In this document: positions 53,421-64,000 of the stretch, piece after piece
Layout of the letters: each line of letters starts with the position of its first letter
Numbering within the stretch: the first letter of the stretch is position 1
Source of the DNA: Paramecium tetraurelia
Lineage: Eukaryota
Assembly (NCBI GenBank): GCA_000165425.1
Contig: CT868574.1
Coordinates: forward strand, 62,001-126,000
Direction: 5' to 3'
Length of the DNA: 64,000 nt
The notes under the pieces: model-generated
What the model saw: the letters and a program-made list of their open reading frames with translations, nothing else
What the model was told of the DNA's origin: nothing
Database searches by the model: none
Made by a program: the position numbers and the translations under genes

Positions 53421-54822
53421 TCAAATGTTTCTTCTAACTATTCTTAATTGATTTGCTATTGCCATTGGTACTTTGATAGGTTACTAATTTTGTTACTACA
53501 GATTGTTGATTTTTAAATCAAATCTACAGAAGGGACAAAATTGATTCTTCTAAAGCCATTATTGAATGCAATATACATGAAATATGTGACTACTTATATG
53601 AATTAGGAATACTTGCATGGAGTGCTATTAACAGGTTGTTAATTGCAAAGAGGATCCAAGCAGATCGCACAATTATCTTAAAGATTGCTAGGTTATAATT
53701 GATTATCTATGGTAGCATATTGATCATCTTCTTTTTTACTCTAAGATCTTCCATATATAAATTGATTCTCTTTGATTTCAAAATCATCTGGCGTTTGTTT
53801 TTCTACTGATTTCCTTTATCTCGCTCTTCTAATTATAAAGATACAAAAGCAAAATAAAAGAAAACCTGTTACACTACAAACAACAATTATAATTGATTTC
53901 ACCTGTTCGCTTTTACTTTCATCGTCAATCCGATTCAATCTAATAATAAATTCACTCCCTTGTATTAATATAATCAACTTATCAGGAATTTAAGATCCCC
54001 ATTCATAACTATTTGATTTTCTCTGTTCTATTGTTATGTTTAAGGGAGTTGTTCTTGTGATAATAGCAGAATTATCGAAGAAATTAGGTGTTGGCAAATA
54101 TAATAAATTAGGTACAAGCAAATAAATTTGAGCTTCATTCTCAGTCTACAATAAACAATTATAATACCGTGATCTCTAATCTTAAATCTTAAGTTCCATT
54201 GTATTCATAGTAACAATAAAAGTTTGGATCATGGGATCCATTCACAGGCATTGGTTTTTCTTGCTCCAATTAAAGGGCTCTCATGGAACAATCTCTGGAT
54301 ATGAATCCCTTGCCACATTTACATTCCCCCTATAGGCAATCTCCATTCTCTTAACAATTATTTGGACATAGCATTGATGAGGATCCTGTTAAATAAATAT
54401 CGAAGGAAATTGGAATATTGGTCAATACAGTAAAGTATATTTTACTATATGAGCTTGGTATTTAGATAAAATGGTTTCTCTTTTTTTAGACATAACTATA
54501 AAATTGTTCTTTATTAGTTATACCTATCATAGTCCATTCCATCAAATATAAAACCATCGTCCTTATCTAAATATGGCGGTTGTGCTTCTAAGAAAAGTAA
54601 AGCTATTTCGGCTGCTTTTTGGGATGTTTGATTTAGATCAATGGTGCAATAATTGGCATATTGAGGGTGGCAATTAACAATAAAAGTAGTATTTGAAGAA
54701 TTAGTATTCACAATTCTTTTTTGGGAATATAAGAATCCTTTAGAAATGAACAATTCAAACTGGACTGCGAATACTTCGTAAAAGTAGAGTAACAATAATC
54801 CAAAAGTGAAAGTATTAATCAT
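53421..54822 (-). CDS. Type I membrane RING-H2 E3 ligase with a signal peptide and EGF-like ectodomain
   Basis: Signal peptide MINTFTFGLLLLYFYEVFA. EGF-like CPKNCQENGDCLQGECKC. TM IIIVVCSVTGFLLFCFCIFII. RING CAICLD...HIFHVYCIQQWL...CPFCR. Confidence 0.88.
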
Positions 54823-55221
54823 AGTAAAAATAAATGAATTGAAAATAATTTGAAACAAAACCAATTAGACTATTTTTATAAAACTCAATATAATTTATTT
54901 AATTTAGGAATACTCCACAAATGGGATCATTTTTATTGAGCTTAAATATTGGCAGTTTTTCATAGTTCTATTCAGTGATTGAGAATATACTATATTCGTA
55001 TATTTTATAATATTGGAATATTCAAATTCAATATTTGAAATTATTTTCTTGATATTAATGTGATCTGTAAATTCAATATTTAGAGTCTACTCAAAATGCA
55101 ATAGATTCAAGGCTCATCATTGCATAGGCAAATCATAAACGGATTAAAAAAGATTTTTCTTGATATTCCATTAGTGTAATGAAAAAATTATATTAATACA
55201 TTAATTTGTATTCAAGAAATA

Positions 55222-57911
55222 ATGAAGACAAAAGAAAAATCAAAAAATAGGACTTAATTTCAATGCTATACTAAGGATTACTCTATTGTTTTATTCTTTT
55301 TGTTTTAAATACTCATTAGCATATTAGTAGTTGTCTATGATGCTAAAAATGAACTGATATCAGTTGTCATCTGTTCGATTCATGGATTTTTTGCGCTTTA
55401 GCAATTAATATTGCCGAAAGACAAGGCAATCATTTATAAATAAATCTGTATGCTTCTGAGTAAATTGGCTAGCCTAATATTGATAGTTATTGTCGGATCT
55501 GAATTGGCAATTTTAATAATAGCATTATTCGAGCGTTTAGATTTAATATCATCTAAGAATAATACATTTAAATAATTTGATCAGATTCTGTTTAGATTAA
55601 TTACTCTCATCATAATGATATTTGATTTCAATTTGCTTTTAACAATAACACTTGCATACACAATATTGATTGAAATAAATAAACTTATATTAGAAAGATC
55701 TATTGAAAATAAATAAATATAATACAACATTACCAGTAGTTATCATAACACATCAAGGACCACAGATTAAGAATGGAATTATCGTTTGAATTAAATTCCA
55801 CAATGTTTTATTGTAATAAATCTGCCAAGTCTAAAGGTTTCTTATAAAAATAATTATCTTTAAACTTATTTCAAACCGTGTTATGAAAATGATGAGGAGC
55901 TAGATGAATTGATCTTACACAAATTACAATTCAGCATTGTACAGGATAAGATAGATACAATACAGTAGTTACATGCAAAGCCAAAAGTCAACCTGAGATA
56001 AGCAAAGAAATAACAAATGTGGAACTATAAGAGCGATTCAATTTCACTTCAACAATCACCTTAATACAGATAGGAGTAGTCTAGATACTCTTTGGAATTC
56101 CAAACTACATCTTAATTATCAATCTTTGAAATCTTGACCAACAGAACATCTGATGAGTAGAGTAATGATGGTCACATTGAGATCTTTTCGGATCAAAGTT
56201 GGTAGTCAATTGCTATAAACTATAACTATTCTTTTTCAAGATAAAAACTGCAATTATCCGGTTAAATCATTTTTTCTGAATAAGAAGGAGAAGTATTGCT
56301 GACTCTTATTGATGTTTCTAAGCAAAACTAATTACAAGAATTGATTTCTAATTCTGAGTTTAAATCAAAGGTATTTATCATTTATCAATGAAGATCATTG
56401 AGTCTTTCTCTCATGAATTAAGAACGCCTTTGAATAGTGCTCTCAATTTTCTGGTTTCTTGCCAATATGACAAGGAAGTGGAAGAGTTCATTAAGGAAGA
56501 TTATTTATAACCAGCAATCAACTCCTTAAAATTGCAATCATATGTTATTAGTGACATAATAGATTTATCATAAATTTCATCAAATAATTTTATAGTATCC
56601 GCAAGAGAATTTTCCATAAGTGAAATACTAAATGAGATTATTTAATTGTTTAAAACCTAATTTGAAATGAAGAGAGTGGAATTAAAGATTAATTTACTAG
56701 ATTGCACAATTTCCAAATTTACATCTGATTATGTAAGACTTACTTAAATCATTATTAATCTATTATGCAATTCTCTAAAGTTTTCATCTGACGGCATTGT
56801 GACATTACAAATAACATCTGTTTAGAATCAACATCTAAAAATCAGTGTTTCAGATTAAGGAATGGGAATAGAGAGTGACAACCTTAATGAATTGAAATCC
56901 CTTCTTTAAAATATTGAACATTACAAAGATATTTAATTAAATAAAACTTGGTAAGGTTTTGGTTTGTTGATTTCTGCCATTCTGGTTAATAAATTAGCAC
57001 CAAAAGAGAATAAATACTTATAGATTGACTCATCTGGCAGTCAATAAGGAACAAATGTGTGGTTTTACGTTGAAAATTAACTCAGTATTGAAATCCCAAA
57101 ATAGAACACTTTGCGATATAGTGTTCCCAGATTTTAAAGTTCTCATGATGAATAACTATTTAACTTAGATGTAAATTGTGCCATATTTTAAGCGACAGAT
57201 TTTAGTAACGTCGCTTTTTCGAAGTAATTTAACTTCAATGGGAAAGGAAGGGAATCTTAAAAAAATGACTTTAATTATACTGATAGTTAATCATTTGAGT
57301 CCTTACAATTTAAATATGTATAACTTTCACCGCTCTCACCTTCATTGATTACTGATAAATTGTTTATGCCATAAAAAAACGAGACCGATCATAAAAGTAA
57401 TCTTCAAATAGTAAATCTAAAAATGATGATAGAAGCACGTGTTAAGGAAGATCAAGAGTTCTTGAATACATTTTAGAAAAAGAAGAAATGTACCTGTTAA
57501 AACCTGTTATCCGTTGATGATGAAATTTTTAATTAGAAATCGATTCAAATTTTATTAGCCAAATTAGGATTTGATGTAATATTAGTATAATAATATAAAA
57601 TATCAATCAAGGCATTTAATGGAGCGGAGGCCATTAGAGTCATTGAGGAATCGGTTCCTTGTGGTCCCTAATGTTAATTGTTCACCCTGATATTGATGGA
57701 CTATTAGATGCCGATAATGGATGGATGTACTGCGACTATAAAGTTAATAGAAATGATGAATTAAAATATAATCCCTAAAATTCACATAATAGGATTAACG
57801 GCCTTTACTAATGCTACTGATGTTTCTAATTGCATTAGAGCAGGTATGAGTGATGTATTACAAAAACCTTTAAATTTGAAGGATTTGAAAGAAATTTTGA
57901 TTCTGGTTTGA
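55222..57911 (+). CDS. Membrane hybrid sensor histidine kinase 1 (TM, PAS-like, HisKA, HATPase, receiver)
   Basis: SFSHELRTPLN, QIIINLLCNSLKFS, VSDQGMGI and GFGLLIS. Receiver motifs SVDDEIFN, LILMDYQMPIMDG, IIGLTA and QKP. Confidence 0.92.
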
Positions 57912-58086
57912 ATTTTATGGCTAATATATTTATTTATAATAAAATTGAATCTTATGAAACAATAATAATAAGGATATGCATGCTTAAAAATCTGATAAAA
58001 CTGTCTTTATTTCTTTGGCCATTTTTAATAGACAAAAATTTTTTAAATTTCATTTATTTGCCTTTGGCTCTATAGCGAATACTATC

Positions 58087-60897
58087 ATGTCTAAATTATT
58101 ATTAAAAATAGATAAAAACTATAATGTTTTAAAATACTTCTTGTTCTCAATCGAAAAACACTTAAGACAATTTACTAATTCAAGGAAGAGGTTTAGTTTC
58201 AAAATAAAATGTCATTTAAATGGTGATATTTAATATTTTGAATACATTAGTTGACCTGATCTTACTAATTCAGTATCCTCATTAATTATAGTACATCATC
58301 TCAAAAATGTCCTTGAGTGTTTTGATGACAATCATAATAATATCATTTTGGAGAAAAATAACTCATGTTATAATCAATATTATTTTGGTTGTGATAAAAT
58401 TTAGCTCAATCCTAATACTTTTGTTGATTGGATCAGATTATATATTGATAATTGTATTAATATGTGAACAAAATAATTTTTCAACGAATTTTGAACACTT
58501 TGAATATTTGGTTCAAAAAGTAATGATATTAATTGGATGTTTTATAATATTGATCATTAAATTTAATGTGATGGATATAGTAATAATTGCAAGTGTATTA
58601 ATATTTGATATATACCAATTAAGTTTAATTTTTAATAAGTAAAAACAATAAAATAATGAAGACTTATTTAGTTTATCTTAAAATAAAATTAATCGAGAAG
58701 TAATAACTATTTGCAATAAAGAAAATGCATGGTTGAGTAGAATATCAACTCTTCCGATATTTTTTGTTATGATTTCAAAAAAAGATTTAAAATTAACATA
58801 TAAAAATCAAATTGTTAATAAACATTTTTCATCAGTTTGTAAATCTGACTCAGAATATGATAACCTAATTCTAAATTAGTTGAATTTTTCAATTATTTCA
58901 GGTATTATACTTAACCATAAATCTAGATAGCTTTGAAGATCAAAAAAATATTACTACAGATCAACACATCATAAAGAATAGATTGAGGAACAATCATTCA
59001 AATAAGAGTAATTAAGATAAGAAAGATTTCTCTGATTTAGATAGCATAAATCTAAAATTTAAAGACACGAATAAATTATTTGAAATTTTATAGAACTATA
59101 AGGATGGTAGACTATTAGACACTATTAATTAAATGAATAATACTTTAGAACTATTTTGTCAACATCATTGGGAAGACTCTAGATGCTCGACTTACACTGG
59201 GTAGATTAATTTTAATTAAGATGATGATGAAATCATCTTAACATTGATTGACATATCCAAATAAAATAAGTATTTTGATGAACTCACAAAAGACCAATTT
59301 AAAACCTAAGTAAAATATAACATTAATTACTTAGATAGCCCAATCCTTTTCGCATGAATTAAGAACACCTTTAAATAGTTCCTGCAACTTCTTATAATAT
59401 TGTTTAAATCATAAAGGAGTTGAAGAGGAGTTGAAAATCAACTTCATCTAACCTGCAATCAATGCGTTAAGGTTATAGTCTTATTTGATCAATGATATAA
59501 TTGATTTTAGTTCATTATGTGCTAATAATTTAGAATTAGATATCAAAGATTTTCTGATTATGGATTTAGTGGATGAAATAAACAAATTGTTTAAATCTGT
59601 TATAGAAATGAAAAAGTTAATCTTGTATGTTGATTTATTGGAGAACTAAATTAATAACATTTGTACAGACTTTTAGAGACTAGTATAAATTATAGTAAAT
59701 GTTCTACAGAATTCTATTAAATACTCGAATTCCGGATCTATTCTTCTTAAGTTGACCTCATATTCATAGAATTACTTAAAAATTACAGTTAAGGATGAAG
59801 GATTTGGAATAGACGAACTTCGATTAGCTAAAATTCACCAAATGCTTTTGGATGTTGAATCAAAATAAAACTTTTCCTAATATTCATCTTGGCATGGCTT
59901 TGGTTTACTCATCTCATAAATGTTGTTATCAAAACTTTGTCCTGATGATTTTAAATCATTATTGATTAGATCTGGCGGAATTGGGTAAGGAACAAAAGTG
60001 ACATTCTATATTAAGAATCACAAGTTAATTAAGTAATCATCAAGTGTTCATTATAAGGATAAACCAATAAGGCTAAACAGCAAACTAAGATATAGTAATC
60101 TATCAGGTTCATGTCATCATTTATCTATAAATGGAACCTTTATTTAAATTAGTGATTTATTTGCTTCTAATCAAAAAGTTAATAATAATGTCCCATTTGT
60201 TAAAAAAGTAACCCTCAAATCTTTAAAATCAAATGAAAATTCCAATTTTTCAGATAGCATAATTAACTTAGATTAAGATTTTTAGATATCAGAAATGCAT
60301 CACTTACAACCATTTCTATTTACAGAAAATGTTCACCAGAGAGTCAAATTAAACAAATAAGAGTAATCTCCAAGAAGTAATCATCCATAAACAAAAATTG
60401 TTAGCTACAAATAATTAAAGCTTTAAGAAGAACAAGAGAGCGAATAAAATTTGAAAGCATTTATGAAGAAGAAAAAGTGTAATTGTAGGAGAATTTTGTC
60501 AGTAGATGATGAGATTTTTAATTAAAAATCAATTCAATTCTTATTAACATAATAGGGTTTTGAAATCATTTTGGTATTTTTTATTATCATATTGAAGGCA
60601 TTTAATGGACAAGAAGCTATTTAGATAGTGAAAAATACCCAGAAATGCAGCTTGAATTGTAGCTTATTTTTATTAATTTTAATGGATTATCAAATGCCAA
60701 TAATGAATGGATTATAATGCACTAAGCAATTAAAATAAATGATGGATCAGCATCAAATCCCTTTAATTCATATCATAGGGTTAACAGCATTTAATAGTAA
60801 GAATGATATTTTAATGTGTCTAAATTCCGGAATGAGCGACGTATTAACAAAACCATTAATAATAAAAGAACTATTTGAAATATTACAACTTATTTGA
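58087..60897 (+). CDS. Membrane hybrid sensor histidine kinase 2 (tandem paralog); start uncertain
   Basis: SFSHELRTPLN, QIIVNVLQNSIKYS, VKDEGFGI and GFGLLIS. Receiver motifs SVDDEIFN, LILMDYQMPIMNG and TKP. Two intron positions are shared with HK1. Confidence 0.9.
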
Positions 60898-60989
60898 TAT
60901 TTTTATAAACGTAATTGTAAACTGAAATTTAGTAAATTCAATTAAAATAGTAAATTTTGTTAAACTTAATTTATAATTATTTTGTAAAT

Positions 60990-62320
60990 ATGAATTCTAA
61001 CTCAGAATTGGTTCAAATGTTAAAAGATCTTCAAATTTATAATTCCATTGATAACAACTTTAATCCTGATCATAGTTAGTTGGTTATGATATATGAAAAA
61101 GTATCAGTTCTAATTTCATGTTAGTTTTGTGATTTAATCAATTTTGATGATAATTTCACTTTAGAAAACTCAACATTATAACTCTTTTATAGATGCAAAT
61201 TAATGTGTAAGACTGTTGGAGTAGCCGACTTTTAGATGATGGATTTAACAGATCCTGATTAAAAACGAATGAAACACATTCTTACGCTGTTATGCAAATA
61301 TAGCATTTGGAAAAGAGAATAAAGCTAAAAGTGGGAAAAAAGAGACAAAGAAATTGTAATTTAATCAATATCATAGGAATTAGGCTTAACTTGAGGATTT
61401 CGATTTATAAAACACAAGAAAATAAAAAAGTGAACTTGAAGATTTGATTTAAATGAAATATAAGGATATGGATTTAAAACATAAGAAATTTGAGTAGTAT
61501 AAATAAATGAAACATAAGGCTGAATCAGAGTTATTAGCTAAAAGGAACTTAAATTTAAAATTACAAAATTCTATTTCATAAAATTAAAATGAATTGAAGG
61601 ATGCAGAAAAAAAGTTTAAGAATTTGATCGAGAAGTTGTAGGTGGCTCAAAATGAATTGACAATATTGGAAAGGTAATTATATTAGTTATACTTCTAGTA
61701 TGGTTGTTAAAGATCCAAAGAATTTAGAGAAGAAAGTAAATGATAGTTTAAGAAGAGTAGAAGCCTTATAAATTGAAGTTGATAAATGTCAGAAGGAATT
61801 ATCAATTGAATCATTCAAAATTGGGAAGATTTATAAATAATTATACATAGATTATGATATTTTTTTGAGAGTGCTTGAATAAATAAAGGAATCAGAAAAG
61901 GCTTTAATTTAGGAAGATAAAAATTTTGAAAAATCAAATGATTAAATATTTACAGCCTCAAATAAAATACTATAGGAAAATTTAGCACTGTAAAAATTAC
62001 AGTAAAATAAAGAGCAACTATAGTCATAGAAATTATCAGAATCTGAGAAAAACAACTCATCTAATTAATATAGTCTACAATCTTTAATAGATTTGCAAAA
62101 CAAATTATAAGATTTATAAACGGAAGTCAAAAAAGAATAATAGGATTATCTATTAATACAATAAATGAAGCAAGAGTAATTGAAAATTACATCAGAAAAT
62201 GATCAAATAAAAACTCTGATTGAAGCAAACTTAAAATAAGTAGTGACTCAATAAAATAAAGAAATTGAATAATATACAAAAAATATTGAAATCTTATTAA
62301 ATAAAATAGAATTTGAATGA
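60990..62320 (+). CDS. NUF2: Nuf2-like kinetochore (NDC80 complex) protein
   Basis: LFYRCKLMCKTVGVADFQMMDLTDPDQKRMKHILTLLCKY matches the Nuf2 CH-domain pattern. A long coiled coil follows, with the IVxxP-type motif MVVKDPKNL. Confidence 0.75.
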
Positions 62321-62803
62321 GAATATATATTTTAATGATGATTTACTATGGTTAGTAAATGTATATAGATAAGAATTTAAATGTAAATACTATTAATTCT
62401 AATAATTGATTATCTGAGTATTAGGTGTCATTTTACCGCATTTCCCAATTATTCTATTAGAATATGATAGATTTCTTTCTTTAAATAAATGGTCTTATGT
62501 GTCTTCTATGAATATCTAGGAAATAAGTTTAACTTAAGATACTAAATTTTAGAAAAAAATCCTTATATCTTTAGTTATTTCCTAAGAGTATGCATTAAAT
62601 AGAAATCTACAGCTTTAGTCTAACACAAAAATAAAGATATTGATTAAGAATATATATTAAGGAATGAAAGGTTAAGAAGTGATGCATCAACATTATTTAA
62701 AAACTCTTAAAACCATAAGTAAATTTAATTACACTATGTTGTTAATTAATTATTAAGGTAAGTAAGATTATAATTGATAATATAAATAATATAAAATATC
62801 TGA

Positions 62804-64000
62804 ATGGGAAATTGTTTCTTACAGGAGGAAGAAAAGAATTAGAAATCTTCAATAAAAAAAGTAGATAGCTTTCTTGCATAATAAATGGAGAAAAGGAATG
62901 AAAAGTCAAAAGTGACTTTGAAAGATTTTTTAAGTCAAGGTGAAATAGGAAGAGTAATTAATATGATTGATTGAAATGCTAGGGTAAATTTGGGAAGGTT
63001 TTAAGAGTGAAAATGAAAGGGAAAGACAATCGAGAATATGCAATGAAAGTTATTAAAAAAGCTGATATCTTGAAATATGGACTTGTGGAGCATACTATGC
63101 TAGAAAAGAATGTGTTGGGTGCAAGTAAGAATCCATTTGTTGTGAAATTGAAATACTCATTTTAAACTGAGCAAAAGCTTTATTTAGTGATGGAGTAAAA
63201 TATATTTTAATGAAGCTAAGATTTATTAAGGGTGGTTAATTAGCTAAAGTATTAAGAAAAAGATAATAGGGAACATTTACAGAGGAATAAACTAAATTTT
63301 GTGCAGCTGAAATAATATTAGGTTTGGAATATATGCATCATACTCTAAGAGTAATATATAGAGATTTGAAACCAGAGAATGTGATGGTCACTGAAGAAGG
63401 ACATTTAAAATTGGCTGATTTTGGACTGTCCAAATAATATGAAAATGAAGAAGCTAAATTCTTTACTGTAATATACGCTTACTAAAACATAGCTTGCAGG
63501 GACACCAGAGTACTTGGCTCCAGAGATTTTATTTAATTAAGGCCATAATCACATGGTTGACTTCTGGTGTTTAGGAATTCTAATTTATGAGATGTTAGTT
63601 GGTTACACTCCGTTTTGTGATGATCAAGGAAACCATAAAACAATAGAAAATAATATCAGAAATGGTTAGATTATATATCCAAAGTTCATGAGTGAGTCAT
63701 CCAAGAATATAGTGGATAGATTATTGAATAAAGATCCAACATAAAGACTTGGTGCAAAATCTATTTAAGAGATTAAGGATCATAGTTTCTTTTGTGATAT
63801 TAATTGGGAATAGCTCTATAATTTATAAATCCCATCTCCAATATTAGAAAATACCCATGTTTATGTAAATAAATATATCTGATAGTTAATCTAGCCGCAA
63901 GTTAAGAAAGATTAGTTTGGTAAAAGAATCTATGAAACACCTTCATCGCATTTTATTGAAACAAACGGTGATTTCAATGGTTTCTCTGCAGCTTAAGAAT
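62804..64000 (+). CDS. AGC-family Ser/Thr kinase with an N-terminal acylation motif; stop codon lies at or just beyond the window end
   Basis: [67 protein letters not shown] and hydrophobic motif FNGFS. Confidence 0.95.

Noticed and set aside
55222..60897. Bacterial contamination or recent horizontal transfer suggested by the histidine kinases (also EngB, Amt, PCD)
   Set aside because: All contain tiny spliceosomal introns, use TAA/TAG as Gln and match the surrounding base composition.
62400..62780. Roughly 120-codon open frame between Nuf2 and the AGC kinase
   Set aside because: No clear start context or domain, and the length is compatible with chance under a single-stop code.

Overview
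This is gene-dense, very AT-rich eukaryotic DNA from a ciliate, almost certainly a Paramecium (aurelia-type) macronuclear chromosome. TAA and TAG are read as Gln, TGA is the only stop, and genes are split by tiny GT..AG introns of about 20-30 nt. The supplied standard-code ORF track is therefore fragmentary and often misleading. Re-translating by hand with the ciliate code gives about 33 protein-coding genes with very short intergenic spacers. Recognisable products include a dienoyl-CoA isomerase, an ammonium transporter, CLEC16A, a PEX11-like protein, PARG, an OSBP-related lipid-transfer protein, lysine-ketoglutarate reductase, two tandem PCD-like proteins, EngB, a retinoblastoma-related protein, a SNF1-like kinase, an ankyrin-anoctamin, kinesin-3, Cdh1/Fizzy, a La-DUF3223 fusion, CFAP36, a CDPK-like pseudokinase, two hybrid histidine kinases, Nuf2 and an AGC kinase. 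I saw no rRNA, tRNA, telomeric repeat, CRISPR array or transposase. The most striking features are unusual domain fusions, several enzymes or channels with altered catalytic or ligand residues, and extremely tight gene packing (an ATGA stop/start overlap and a 32-nt divergent promoter). All domain calls are from motif recognition by eye, not database searches, and exon boundaries and some start codons are approximate.
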